Positions 1 to 12,940 of a stretch of 64,000 nucleotides of DNA are shown one piece after another. The stretch is from Utricularia gibba (Eukaryota > Plantae > Magnoliophyta). Every line of letters starts with the position of its first letter. Within the stretch, counting starts at the first letter, position 1. The notes beneath the pieces were generated by a model. That model made no database searches, had not been told where the DNA came from, and worked only from the letters and a program-made list of their open reading frames with translations. A program made the translations under genes and the position numbers. The stretch is taken from NCBI GenBank assembly GCA_002189035.1, contig NEEC01000017.1:1984001-2048000 (forward strand), given 5' to 3'.

Positions 1-121
1 ACAGATAATAGAACATTGTACTTGTATTGGAGATCCAATAGATCGTTCATGCTACAACACAGAAATGAGGATTCTCTCTGGATTCAATTGTTAGCGATAC
101 CCTGAGAGAAGTGTAGCCCTC

Positions 122-1983
122 CTATGAAGATGACATGCTATCTCTCATGCGAGTGATGAGCTTGAATTTCTCCTCAGCTTCGACCTGCTGCCGAATCTCA
201 AGGCGTGATGCTCGGTCGGGGTGGAATGCCAGAAGGGCTTTCTTGTAAGATACCAGGACCTGCAACAAGCAAATTACATATGGCACTCCACTTTCTATCA
301 AAAGCAACCTTGTTTCTTGAGCATCAAAACATAACAGTGAGTAGTAGTTTCAGTAAGATGAAAACTCGAAGACAATGTAATGAACCTGTTGCGGTGATGG
401 TGTCGGCCAACCTGCAACGGAGATCCCTAGTTCGTGCAGCAGAGAAGCCATGTCCTTTTTGCATGCCATCTCAAGCAAAGAGAGTTCCTTCTGAACTTCA
501 GCACGAATTTCCTCTCTCAAGTTAAGAGTTTCCTCTTCCTGAAATATAAATATGCTTGTTTTAAAGCAATATATAATTATTGCCGCATCTAAAGCTATCA
601 GAGTGAATTAGTCGTGAATTCTAAACGTTTGAAAGGACCCTTTAATGGTGAGAACCTTTTTCTGAGAATTCCGAATTTCCTCTACCCGCTCCTTTTGTCT
701 TCTTTCCATGTCCATTAAACGCATAGTCTCAGCCTTCCTTCTCTTGGCTAGCATTCGGAGTTGTTTTGCTTCTTGAGCCTAGAAAAGGAATCAAACACAT
801 TTACATGAAAAATAAACCCACATCCTAGAGTGCACGAAAAAAGAAAACTCATAGGAATTGGGATGCACGAGTTAGTAATATATTCACTAATTGAATGTGC
901 AATGCTCATTAAAAAAGGATAGAGTCAACAGAGCAGAACCTGAACTCTCAGTGCTTCTTGCCGAGCAGCCCATTCTTCCTCCATTGCCATTTTGTATTCA
1001 TCGGTTTCCTTGATCTTTTCACGCTCATGAAAAATAGAGTCCTGTTCTGAAACCAAAGCATCCTTGCACATAATTTGGGTGTTGTCTATTTCGTTGTCCC
1101 ATTGTTTGCTAACCGAAAAGGAAGCAACATTTGTTTCATGCATCTCATCATCATCATTAGTTTGCAGAAATGGCCTAGATTCTGACTGCCCTGGTTCCTG
1201 GGCAACTGCACACGGCTTCACATCAGAATCTGAACCCCTTACTCGATCTGTGGTTCCTGAAGCTCCAGTGGCTTCATTTAAATCACTGGAAAAACAACTA
1301 GGTAATACATCCTCAGACAGAGGAGATTCCACATCAGAAGAAGGCTTGTTGATATCCAAAAACTGATCTTCTCCCACAGCACACCTAGAGTTATCAACCC
1401 CATCATTAACTGGTGGACTGATGCTGTTAAACCCCGATTCACAATGACCAGTATCCAACTTAGCACTTGAAGAAAAGCCTTTCGTCCACTTCTCTTGAAT
1501 CTTCCCAGAAGAATCCTCAAAAATTTCACAGCAACAAAAATCAGATGGAATGTTTTCTAGGCCAATATCTAAACCGTGTACGTCTCCAAAAGAAGCATTG
1601 GATGAATAGGTACGCTTGCACTTGGATAATCTCACTGGTGTTACATTATCCTTGACAAATTGGGCTTTAGCAGAAGTATTTGAAGGACCCTCGAAATGCA
1701 TACCTAGGTGGCCAGATTCTGCCCTCGAAGAAGTACCCGTGTTTTCATCAGCATCATCATCATCAATATGTATGACATTCACGTACCGCCTTCTCTTAAC
1801 TTTAGGGACATCGATGATAACAACTTGCTCATCATAAGCTTCTTCATCAACATCTATAAGTATCACATGTTCGGATCCCTCACGAATGAGATGCCTACTA
1901 AACCCTCTCCGTGTAGAGCAGGGTCTGGAAGAAGGATGATCCAGAGATACTTCACTCATTGCAACTGAAAGAGAATCAGGCAA
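122..1983 (-). CDS. Uncharacterised plant protein with disordered acidic N-terminus, coiled-coil and C-terminal J-domain-like (HPD) segment; 4 coding exons (approx. 1983-940, 778-654, 538-388, 259-122)
   Basis: 352-aa ORF ends at a CAG|GT donor (940). Downstream AG/GT-bounded exons read AQEAKQLRMLAKRRKAE..., EEETLNLREEIRAEVQKEL... and VLVSYKKALLAFHPDRASRLEIRQQVEAEEKFKLI...stop. Confidence 0.8.
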
Positions 1984-2571
1984 TAGCTACCTAAAAAGGA
2001 AATTTAGGAGAAGCGATTAGACATAAATATGGCCCCAGTTAAGTAGCAACAAACGAAACCACCTGGGACAAAAGGGGTACCATCATATGCTTGTCCTAAC
2101 ACAAAAATACGCTTTGAACTCGTAAAATCCTCTGAAATGTCAGCTGCGATCCACCCTGAACAAAAAAAAATATTATTTGAAACTTTCACAATACCAACAT
2201 ACAAAAACTCAAATTATCAGCAAAGTAAAGGTTGATACCGAGCAAAATCCAGCACACAGACATAACACATGAAAAATAAGCACAGAATAACACACGAAAA
2301 CAAAGAAACCCCATGTAAGAAGCGAGATGAAAAACCCTAAAAAGAATTACGATCACACACGCATATTAGCAATACCGAGATCAAAATTTCAAGAAAAAAA
2401 ACAGCATCATTGGACATGTAGGAACACAAACCCCTCTGATCGTGAAGAGCCCAGAAAAAAACTACGAAGAATGACGACGAACGGCTACAAAATCAAATGT
2501 CAAAATGCTATCTTTACTGCCGTTGCGAGGGAGCCAGGGAGGTGAGAGAAACTTGTTAGCGGAATCACAAT

Positions 2572-2666
2572 TGGGCCTTCCCGCCACATGCCCAAGAGTG
2601 AAAGTCATCAACATAATTGGGCCCTCACTCCAACGATCGGCCCAGTGTATGTGGGGCCCGTGGGCC
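2572..2666. promoter_or_regulatory. Cluster of site II (TGGGCY) elements upstream of the minus-strand J-domain-like gene
   Basis: TGGGCC at 2572, 2618 and 2661, and GGCCCA at about 2639, just beyond the putative 5' UTR exon. Confidence 0.55.
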
Positions 2667-5378
2667 GCCATAATCTTACAATATCAGTAATAATTCCGAC
2701 AAATATACGGCGAAAATTGCGCAGAACAAATAATTAAGGTCCAGAATATATTAATTAATTTACCGAAAATTTGTGAACACGCGGCAAGGGGGGCCCCTCT
2801 CTATTAATGATGCCCGAATCTTATTTTCTGGAAATAAAATCTCATAATTGTCTCTGGAATTTAATTTCATGTGGTGTTGGTAGATGGTTTGGTTGACCTA
2901 CTTATTTCAATCCACTGCTATTTCCATTTTTTCATACTTAATTTCCACTAATTAGTAAATATTTTATCCAAAAGTTACTGATCCATCTATAAATACCAAT
3001 GTGAGGTTTTGTCACTAGTGAAATATCTCAGTGACAGAAGATATACTTAAATAAAGTATCATTCCAATTTTGTATTATACATTTTCCTTAGAAGTGGATA
3101 AACTTTTTGTGAAATGGTAAAATATAAAATCATAAAAATTAGATACACAAAACATATAATATCGTACAAAATGAATATGAGTCATAATATATGGTATATA
3201 TGTATATACAAAAAACCATAAAATCATAAATGTTTGTATGGTATAACGTTTTGATATGCTCGATACTAATATAAATAATATTAATTTATACAAAAAGTAT
3301 TGATTTTAAAAATATAAATATGTTTAAGAGAATATTATGAAAAAATTACTGATAAAAGTACAAGGTCAAAAAGCTAATGACATTATTCTATATTGTTTAC
3401 GAATGAAATAAATGACATGCTTAAATAGAATTAAGCTTATTATCTTGTATTAGTCTTTCTTTTTTGGAATGGAATAATGTGTAAAGTCATGATAATTTAA
3501 TGTTCAAAACAAATAATATCATATGAGAATAATATTGCTTATGACATTGATATAATGTTTCATAATTTAATTTATATATAATATTATTGAAACATACAGA
3601 ATACATAGTCATAATAAAAACTTTATTGAAATGTAAAGAATAATATTATATTTTATGATTATGAGATTCATTAAACTATATTTTATTATAAATGAAATAT
3701 TAAATAAAATAATTGAGTAGATATTTAATATATAAAACAATTTTTAATATAATGACAAACGAGCTCTCGGATTAAATTAAACCTAAATAATTTATAAAAT
3801 AATTGTTATTTGATTTTAAATGGAGGAAAAAAAAGGGAATAATTTCAAAGAAAAATGAAAACGAACATTAAATTCCAAAGCGCTGTCTGGTCATAAATAG
3901 GAGCGGTCTCTGTCTGTGTGTAAGTAAATGTATGTATATCCTCAACTTCATCTTCACCTGTGCGTTCAATGCGAAGTCAAAACGTTTTCAATCGGCCAAC
4001 GGGGACTCGTACCCGAAGCCTCTACGTTGGAACGGGAAAAATTTATGGCCTTTCTTGGGCAGCCATAAATTTTGCAACGCAAATGGAGCTCACAAAAAAC
4101 CTTCTCTCTCTTTCAACTCTCCATTTGCTAATGTGTAGCCGGCGTGAGTTGTGTCTGTCGCTGAATATGAATACACTTTTGTGGGTGTAAGGCATTTCCC
4201 ACTTCCCTTTTGGATCTCCTTTCTTGGATGTGGCTATCGTCTTTCCACTGTTTGGTTCACAGAAGTTTCTGGGTTTCGCTTTTTTATTGAAGATTTTGGT
4301 TCTCGTCAGAGGGAAAGGGGGAGAGTTTGCAGAAGAAAAGGTGATTCAGTTTTCTCAATTTATCTTTAGTGGATGATGTTTGCTATACTATATGCTTTCC
4401 TTGTTCTGTCGAGGAACTGTGCTTTTAGGGATCCGATCAAATCGTTTCTATTTGCCTCGATTACGTTTTTCCTTCTCAACAAGTTCTAATCTTTTTTAAG
4501 TAGATCTAGAAGATAGGGGTGTTAAGCCTGTTTTTGTGACATGGGATGCACGAAATCCGAGAAAGGGGGTTACCCATGATGTGGAACAGAGGCAAAGGAC
4601 AAATGAACCGGATCAATCAAAGAGTATATAGGTTAAAAAAGAGTGCACTTTATGCTGTAGATGTTTAGCGGTTTGTTTGGAAAGGGGTGGCATGTTCTTG
4701 TCTTCTTCCTTCAAACATTGGACAAAAGAAAATTCTCGTGCCACTGTTTTTTGTTCTTACATTCTTTCATGTGTGCAGACCTGGTTTTTACCCACCAAAC
4801 ATTAGCAAGTATATTTTTATCGCCATCATTGGTAGACCTCCCGGGTATTCCAAACTCGCGTCTTGTTTACTATTTGGTGCTTCTGTTTAAGAGAATTATC
4901 ACTGGATTACCGGTTGGTTTGCCCCCTTTTTCTGTGTGGCTCGTGTTGCTGTTGTGTTGTCTCTCTGTTGATGATGCAACTGGGTAGAGAAGTTCCTTTT
5001 GAGTTTGAAAATGGGCTCACTGTTGAAAAGTAAAATCTGTAGATAGCAGATGTAAAAGAACATCTCTTTTCATGATCCCTTTACTCTCTACAGAAGCATG
5101 CCTATGTTTTTGAAACTCATGCTTGCCTTGCCTTTATGCCTGAAGGTGCTGATTCATTCCCGGAGATAATTCTCATACTCTCATCCCAGTGAATGTCCAC
5201 CTCACAACTCCTGCAGATTCTGCCCTCTCTCCCGAGAGATGTGAAGCAAAATTCAAGGTAATTATCTTCTGTTTCGATGTTTTGGTGTGATGACTGTGAC
5301 TGTTTATTTTACATTCTCAAGATTTACTCTCTGGATCATAACAGCAGCATCTACGATCCTGCTGAACAAGACACCAGG

Positions 5379-6623
5379 ATGAATGGAAATCACAACACAA
5401 TGCTTTACAATCATGGAAACTATTGGGGGGAAGTGAATTCTCCTACTTCTGAGGGTAAGGGAGCATACCAGTTAAATGATGAACGTAATGAGCGAGTGTT
5501 TGTTCCGTTTATCGAGTTTGGAAGAAGAGATGCGGCGAGATGGAACCCTTTTGTTGATAGCTTTTCTGTGGGCATTGAAAATGGAAGTAAAGATTCTTCA
5601 GAAACTGAATATCCGAACGGAAGATTAAACAGTCTGGATTCAGGCTCATTGTTTTCAAAGCTGAACGAGGAATTTCACCATAGGAGTAGTCCAGAGGCCA
5701 AGAATGGACTCAAAGAATCCACAATTGCTGCTGCGAGAGACGGCAAAGATTCTAGGAGACCAAACCCTGGCTACTTGGGTACGTGTATTACAGATGCCAA
5801 CTCACTCAGCTGCAAGAGAAAAGTACAATGTGATACAGTGGATGCGATAGACCCCAGCAAGGAGGCAAGTGATCGAATCCCAGAGGATCTACCTGCGGAT
5901 AAGGAAAGACATGACAGCATTGAGGGTGGATCTCTCAAGCTTCCATTGTCAGCTCATTTAGCAAACTTGTTGCTCGAGGACACCGATCCCGATGATAATG
6001 GGAGGAGCAATGGCAGCATTGATGGGCAGTTGAATACTCGAAGAAGTTCTGATCCTCAAGAAGGAAGGCCTGCTGACCAATGCACCAATGTGGAGAAACA
6101 CGAGTTGAACTCCGGGCTGGTCCCTGGTGATGTCTCCGGCGGTTTGAGAAAGGATGCATTCTTATCCAGGAAGCTTCCAGATCAAGAAGATGAAAACCAA
6201 ATCAGAGCTGCGGCAACCCCCTTGGATATAACCAAACATTTTGAAGACCAGGTTCCTGCTTTCAAGGTTGCACACAAGGGAAGCGATCCAGCTTCCAATC
6301 CTGACGTGGGAGAGCGGAGCTTCTCAGCCGCGAGTCTCATATCCTACAGCGGTCAGCTGGCCCGTTCCGGCAGCGTCTCCATGCGCTCAGACGGCAGTAC
6401 AAGTGCAAGATCCTTCGCTTTCCCGATGTAAGAAGCTTCCCTTTTCATCATCTCCACCCCTTCCAACTCCCTATTCCTTCTCTGTCACCAACAAAACTGC
6501 CCATTTGCTTGCAGACTACCCTCCGAGTGGAATAGCAGCCCGGTCAGAATGGCGAAAGCCGATCGTCGAACCTACCGGAAACACAGAGGATGGAGATCGG
6601 GGTTCTTCTGCTGCGGATTTTAG
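5379..6623 (+). CDS. BASL-family / 'gar2-related' protein with C-terminal SFAFP...WNSSPVRM...CCxF domain; exons 5379-6427 and 6515-6623 (start codon uncertain)
   Basis: Splicing GT(6428)..AG(6514) gives RSDGSTSARSFAFPILPSEWNSSPVRMAKADRRTYRKHRGWRSGFFCCGF*, the conserved C-terminus of BASL-like proteins. Confidence 0.85.
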
Positions 6624-7682
6624 TCTCTTTTTCTAGGCTCATTCGCTGTAGATATAACGTTGAGTTGATAGAGAAACCTCCAAAATCCGTATTGCTATGG
6701 TATTATAAATCCAAATAATGTCAAATTTATTATTAAATAATTTAAATAAATAATAAAATGTGGGCCAAGTGGCCAGCCTTTCATTGGAATAGCCCAGTGA
6801 ATAGGCCCCATCTAGCACACAGCACCCAAGCAAACCCACGTGAATTAGAGATAATGTCTTTTCCACCAATTTTATTAAGATTTTATTTTTTAATATTTAT
6901 TTTTTGTTTAGATAACTCAAGGGCCCAAATTCTTTTATTAATTATACCTAAAAAAATTGTGTAAAGAGTAAATCATTGTTTGTAGAAGGAAATTGATCTA
7001 ATACGAAGTGTTCAATCCATCTAATTGATTAATCGATGCGTAATAATGTAATTAGCCACACCAATTTATAAGAAAAGTGGACAAATAAAACGTTATGAGA
7101 AATAAAATTATTGAAAACTTAAAATCTACTTGATATAATTTTTCAAAAAATATTTTTTGAATTTACAATCTATTTGAAATAGTTTTTTTGCTAACGTCAC
7201 ATAAATAATTTTGTTATCAAATTCGAATTAGTTCTATTTTAAAAATTTGGAAATATTTATTATTTTTAAGAAATACAAATTTTTAAAAAATAGTACAAAA
7301 AATATGAATATATAATTCATTGGTTCTATTTTTTAAAATTATTATTTAAGGGGAAAATTTCATTTTCGCTTGGGATGGTGTATCATGCACCGTGGCCCTA
7401 CGTTGACGATCATCTATGGGCGCCACCACCAGGCCTCCCACTGATTTCTGTCTTGGAATGCCGCACTACACTTTGGTTATTATTTATATTTTTATTATTT
7501 AAAAGATTTTTCATACAATTATTAAATAATAATGACTTGAAAAAAGGAGATGAAAATATTAAATTAAAATAAATGGGTTGCTATTTTTAATAGAATAAGA
7601 CATTTAAAGGGGGAAATATAGAAGGCGTAGCAGGACTGGAAGGAAATTTGAGTCAAATGAATGGAAACGGAACTTGACCTTT

Positions 7683-7701
7683 GACACGTCATCGACGTGT
7701 C
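7683..7701. promoter_or_regulatory. Inverted pair of ABRE/G-box-like elements upstream of the PI4K gene
   Basis: GACACGTC-atc-GACGTGTC: perfect 8-bp inverted repeat, each half containing ACGTGTC. Confidence 0.45.
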
Positions 7702-8965
7702 TGTCAACGGGATTGACGGTTACGATGCGTTGAAGGGAGAAAATCGGACGGCGGAGATCTCGAATTCTAGACGGTTCTGCGAATTCATGGAATCCTAACT
7801 CGAGCTTCGGTTAAAACTAACCATGGTAGAGTTACAATTTCACGTTTCTTGGGATAAAGGAGAAGCGTCCATTTATATAAAGGCGCGTGTGCGTACGAAT
7901 GGAGTAGCATAGAATGCATCCGGTGTCTATTGCACTGGGACAAAGGAGCAGTTAGCGTGAGCCGGAGAGTGGTGGAGAGGGTTTGGGTGACGCCGCACCG
8001 GGAATAGCTTGCGGGAGTCGGATCCTAGCCGTTGGTTCTTTTTGCTCTATTCACGCCGGAGAACTGTTAGTTCCCCTGTGTTGGAAGCGGGACGGGAAGA
8101 GGAGTAGAAGCATGGATTTTTTCAGATCTGGCTAATCCGTGAGTTGGATTTTCAGGTTATTGCTTGATTCTTTTGAATCCTGGATTTTCTGCCTCATTGA
8201 TTTGATTGGAGTTCGACAGTTGTCTGATCTTGTATGCGGATACGTGATTAAGGCGATTAGAACGATGTAGGCTTGGGCTGCTGTAATGAGGGGTGGGAAA
8301 GGTAGTAAAGTTTCGTAATTCACTTTGAACAGGTTGGATCTGAAGAATTACGGTGTGTTGCGTGTTTTAGTGGTCTAAGTGTTGAGTTTTTCCGTTTGTT
8401 TATTCAGTTTTGTGAGCGTGTTACTGAAATTCCATTGATCGTTTAGGGAAAAGTCTCTTTTGATTTTCAACGTTGACAAAAGTCCTCTATTATTCCACTG
8501 TCCTTTGATGCTTTCATAATGAACAAATAACTTTCGCCGTGAAGCATAAGAGGAAGCTAATCATGACAAGAAACGTGGGATTTGAGTGAAATAGACTTTC
8601 ATTTGTGTTTCCTTTTAAAGTCTCAATGAGTTATTATTCTTCTTTTTTGATTCTGACAATCGGGGTTTGTTTCGGATTGCAGATTGTGATTGGAGGCATT
8701 TCTGAAATCGTTCATGACCTTCTCAATGTAGTTATCTTAGTTCCTTTCTATCTCTCTCTGGGCTGTTGAAATTTTTTAGCGTCTTGCGCATTTTTCTGGT
8801 TTCAGAGAGTGGTAGTTTATGCTATTCATTTATTGTCGAATGACTACAATCAGCATCTGAGCGAGGAGTTCGGTTTCAGAGAGTGTGAACAAACTCTCTA
8901 CTTTTTCGTCTTAGTTGCCAGCTGTGGAGGCTGATAACTAGTTCTGGTTCTCTGTTCATCATTTC

Positions 8966-10882
8966 ATGTCTCGGAAGTTCGATAGCCCTGTACAGACTGA
9001 GATGGCTGTTGCTGTTTTAAAGAATCCACTTAGCACCGGGGATTACCCTGGATCCAGCAGGTTTGAAGGCAAACCGACTGGTAGAAGAAGAGTTTTTGTA
9101 CAAACTGAGACAGGCTGTGTTTTGGGTATGGAATTGGACAGGAATGACAATGCTCATATGGTGAAGAGGAGATTGCAGGTTGCTCTGAATTTCCCTATTG
9201 AGGAGAGTTCGCTGACTTTTGGTGATATGGTTCTGAAAAACGATCTTCGTGCCATTCGGAATGATTCTCCTCTCCTATTGACTAGGAATTTGATCCATAG
9301 AAGCTCTTCAACTCCCTGTCTGTCACCCACAGGCCGGGACATCCAGCAGAGAGATGAGAGTGGCCCGATTGAGATATTAGGACATTTGAAACACATTTCC
9401 AAGACAAAGAAGCTGGTCAAGGAAATTGTCAAGGCAGTGAAGAATGGAATTGATCCTATTCCAGTTCATAGTGGGCTTGGGGGTGCATATTATTTCCGAA
9501 ACATCAGAGGAGAAAGTGTAGCAATCGTGAAGCCTACAGATGAGGAGCCTTTTGCACCGAATAACCCAAAGGGCTTTGTTGGTAAAGCTCTTGGGCAGCC
9601 TGGCTTGAAACGATCTGTGAGAGTTGGGGAAACAGGTTACAGAGAGGTGGCTGCTTATCTGCTTGACTACGACCATTTTGCTAATGTCCCCCCGACTGCA
9701 CTTGTGAAGATAACTCACCCAATCTTCAATGTGAATGGTGGTGTGAATGGAATTATGACTCAGGATAAGAATTTGTGCAGCAAGATTGCCTCCTTGCAGC
9801 AGTTCATCCCCCATGATTTTGATGCCAGTGACCATGGAACATCAAGTTTCCCTGTTGCAGCTGTTCATCGAATTGGAATCTTGGATATCAGGATCCTTAA
9901 CACAGATCGGCATGCAGGTAACCTTTTGGTGAGGAAGCTCGACGGTGTAGGGCAGTTTGGTCAAGTGGAACTGATCCCGATTGATCATGGTCTTTGCTTG
10001 CCTGAGAGTTTGGAGGATCCTTATTTTGAGTGGATCCATTGGCCTCAGGCTTCAATCCCATTCTCGGATGATGAGCTGGAGTACATTGCCAACCTTGATC
10101 CTAGTCGCGATGCAGAAATGCTGTGCTCTGAGCTTCCCATGATCCGTGATGCTTGTCTCCGAGTCTTGTTCCTCTGCACGACATTCCTGAAGGAAGCTGC
10201 TTCCTCTGGGCTTTGCCTTGCTGAAATCGGTGAAATGATGAGCCGAGAGTTTCGAAACGGTGAAGAGGAACCCAGTGAACTGGAGCTAGTATGCATTGAG
10301 GCAAAAAGACTGGTTGCCGAGGAGAAGCATCATCTTAAGCATGGGTCTGATTTGGAGGACTTCCAATTTGACATCGACTGTGAAGCTGATTCTTCTCACT
10401 CCAACGGAAATCCTCCTCCTCCTCCACCTCAAATCCTTTTCTCGGGATACAACTTCCATGTCAGCTCCAATGGAAGTGTCACTGGTCGTAATCCTCTTTT
10501 CAAACTGGAGGAAGAGGAGGAGGAGAACAAAGAAGCCAAAGAAGCGAAAGGCATAATGTGTGCTCTGCTTCAACCAAAGATCCCTGCCGTTTCAAAACTC
10601 TCCATGTCCCTGAAGAACACTAGCTTAGGTGAGATGAAGCATAAACAACAACACTCCTATGGAAATAAGCCCGATTCCGGGTCTTCCTCGGGACACAGGA
10701 GCGCCAACGACCCACTCCCCCCCAGCACCACCTTCGTGAAGCTGACGGACATGAGCGAAGACGAATGGGGGCTGTTTTTGGACAAGTTTGTTGATCTCCT
10801 CGCCCCGGCATTCGCCAAGCGCAAGGCTGCAACCGTCGGCCAGAAGCAACGACAGAGGCTTGGGACTTCTTGCAGGTTTTGA
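8966..10882 (+). CDS. Type II phosphatidylinositol 4-kinase gamma (PI4K-gamma5/6/7 clade), single coding exon, 638 aa
   Basis: N-terminal ubiquitin-like segment (RRRVFVQTETGCVLGMELDR), GLGGAYYF, KPTDEEPFAPNNPKG, DIRILNTDRHAGN, PIDHGLCLPE and C-terminal RLGTSCRF. Confidence 0.95.
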   Translation: MSRKFDSPVQTEMAVAVLKNPLSTGDYPGSSRFEGKPTGRRRVFVQTETGCVLGMELDRNDNAHMVKRRLQVALNFPIEESSLTFGDMVLKNDLRAIRNDSPLLLTRNLIHRSSSTPCLSPTGRDIQQRDESGPIEILGHLKHISKTKKLVKEIVKAVKNGIDPIPVHSGLGGAYYFRNIRGESVAIVKPTDEEPFAPNNPKGFVGKALGQPGLKRSVRVGETGYREVAAYLLDYDHFANVPPTALVKITHPIFNVNGGVNGIMTQDKNLCSKIASLQQFIPHDFDASDHGTSSFPVAAVHRIGILDIRILNTDRHAGNLLVRKLDGVGQFGQVELIPIDHGLCLPESLEDPYFEWIHWPQASIPFSDDELEYIANLDPSRDAEMLCSELPMIRDACLRVLFLCTTFLKEAASSGLCLAEIGEMMSREFRNGEEEPSELELVCIEAKRLVAEEKHHLKHGSDLEDFQFDIDCEADSSHSNGNPPPPPPQILFSGYNFHVSSNGSVTGRNPLFKLEEEEEENKEAKEAKGIMCALLQPKIPAVSKLSMSLKNTSLGEMKHKQQHSYGNKPDSGSSSGHRSANDPLPPSTTFVKLTDMSEDEWGLFLDKFVDLLAPAFAKRKAATVGQKQRQRLGTSCRF

Positions 10883-11363
10883 TCATCCCATGATGGACTA
10901 AGCTAGAGAGAAGCATCCTAGTTACTACAGTGCTACTACCCGCCTACGCTATCGACGGAAATGAAATAAGATCTGCAGCAGGTTTGTTGAGTGACGGTTG
11001 GTTTGTAGTTAGTTGTAGACGTGTGGGTATGTGTTGCTCCCTCCCCTGGAGTTGACTTAGTTTGTAAAAACAACAAAAAAGGAAAAACTTCACCCCCAGT
11101 TATTATGTGTAAATATTCTTTCGTTCTTCCCTGAAGGTTTTTCATCAGGTTTCTCTTGTGTGCAAAGACTACCATGAAGCGCATGATGATGCGGTTGACA
11201 TAGGAGGTGGAGCCACGTCCCTGAGTCGAGTGGGTGCGGGGTTTTAAAACTTGGAGTAAAGAGATGGGGTGCAAGTGTTGGTTCAGGTGGGGTCGGGTCT
11301 GTTCTTGTGTGCTTGTCATGTCACAATCGCCGCCGCGCCGGAGTGCTGGGTGGTGGTGGTGAT

Positions 11364-12271
11364 TAGAGGTGGGTTCGGTTCGAATCGGAACCGCGGTTTC
11401 GGTTCGGTTCCAAGAGATGGATGTCTGTACGGTTCCAATTCCGGAACATGGTTCCGAACCGAAACCATCGGTTCTGAACCGAAAAAAATTAAAAAAAAAT
11501 TAAAAAAATTAAAAAATTAAAAAAATAAATAAATGTATATGATTTCATACATCCATGGAAGTGGACGTCTCTTAAGGATGTGGGTGTCTGGAAAATGATC
11601 TCAGAAACACCTTTTCACAAACATCCACATCCTTAAGAGACGTGAAATATGTGATGTTAATTTTGAAAATGCAATGTATTTAATACTTCTAATATTTTGT
11701 TTTCAAAATATATGAAATAGATGTTGTTTTATTTTAATTTGAAAAATACATAATACTTATAAAAGATTATATAAAACAACCATATAAACATCTTCATTTT
11801 AAAAAAATAAATATATAAATAATAATTCTATTCATTTTATATGATTTGTAATCTTGTTGTATTTGTTTTTAAAAATTTAATTTTATCAAATATATATTCA
11901 AATATTAATAATTTAATTATTTATTTTATTTATTTAAGTCATAAATTATATTGATTTTAATTATATTTTATTGAGATAGTATATCAAATAATTTAAGTTA
12001 TAGTTTTTTATAAATTAATATAGTATATTACATAATATATCTAGTTAAATACAAAAATTAATATTATTAAATATATTATTTGATAATATTTAAATATAAA
12101 AAATAATTATTATTACAAATTTCATTACCATACACCCACAATGATTCATATGGGTGCCTGGAAAATACCTATAAACAGTAACCGATCGGTTTCGGTTACG
12201 GTTCGGTTCCCGAATCTCGGTTCCGGTTCCGAACCCCGAAACCGTACGATTCTGAACCGAACCCAGCTGTA
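11364..12271. mobile_element. Non-autonomous hAT-type DNA transposon (908 bp)
   Basis: Left end TAGAGGTGGGTTCGGTTCGAATCG versus reverse complement of right end TACAGCTGGGTTCGGTTCAGAATCG; 8-bp flanks GTGGTGAT / ATGGTGAT (7/8); dense AACCG/CGGTT subterminal repeats; AT-rich non-coding interior. Confidence 0.85.
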
Positions 12272-12369
12272 ATGGTGATGGGGTTTCTATTTAATTCAGG
12301 GTGAGCCAAATCCCAAGATTGCTTTATAAGTAGGCCTTCGTGAGAACTGAGGGGCTGGATCATATTCTT

Positions 12370-12512
12370 AGCCCAACCCAGGTTAATGAGCCCTTTAACT
12401 GGATCTCGATACAGAGGTGATGGGCCTTCATTTGCATAGCCCAATAGCACTGACGAATCTTCATATCAACACGGAGTAGCAACTGGCAAATCAGTTCTCC
12501 CGGAAGCCCTAG
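12370..12512 (+). promoter_or_regulatory. Site II elements plus a telobox-like motif, putative promoter of the snoRNA cluster
   Basis: AGCCCA at 12370 and 12438, TGGGCC at 12421, AAGCCCTAG at 12504 (telobox AAACCCTAR with one mismatch). This motif combination is typical of plant snoRNA and ribosome-biogenesis promoters. Confidence 0.5.
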
Positions 12513-12813
12513 CTGCTTTCCGAAGAAACCTTGCTGCGGAACTCTATGGATTCATGCTTGATTTCACGCATCCGTTGTTTTAGCGAGATTTTGGGTTTCT
12601 GGTAGTGGATGGATTTATTAATGTTATTTTTCTTTATATACTCGGGAGCAATGCTGCACCGAATAAGCCCTTCGCAGCTGTGAAGAGAGTATGGGGTTTA
12701 TGTCGATTTGGTCCTTAAATTTTATGGCTGGTAGATAAGGCCAAAAGTTGTTGGAATTGCCGCAAATTTGCCTGCCTAAATGTTTTTTTTTTTTTTCAAT
12801 TTCGGAGGTGACT

Positions 12814-12893
12814 AGCAAAATGATGAGAACTGGGTGGCTGAACTCCAATGTGGAATCTTTTCCAATAATGGCCTTCAAAGTTCTCTGATTGCT
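12814..12893 (+). ncRNA. Box C/D snoRNA, copy 1, predicted guide for 25S rRNA 2'-O-methylation
   Basis: Terminal stem AGCAA/TTGCT; C box ATGATGA at 12820-12826; internal CTGA (D'); D box CTGA at 12885-12888 preceded by GGCCTTCAAAGTTCT, complementary to the 25S segment AGAACUUUGAAGGCC (recalled). Confidence 0.85.
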
Positions 12894-12940
12894 GACTTTA
12901 TTTCTTGGATCATTGTATATACATTTTTCAGAGGTGACAC

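Noticed and set aside
9154-10916. Several overlapping ORFs of 65-152 aa on other frames of PI4K (similar cases overlap other exons in the window)
   Set aside because: Frame and antisense shadows of real coding exons with no independent motifs.
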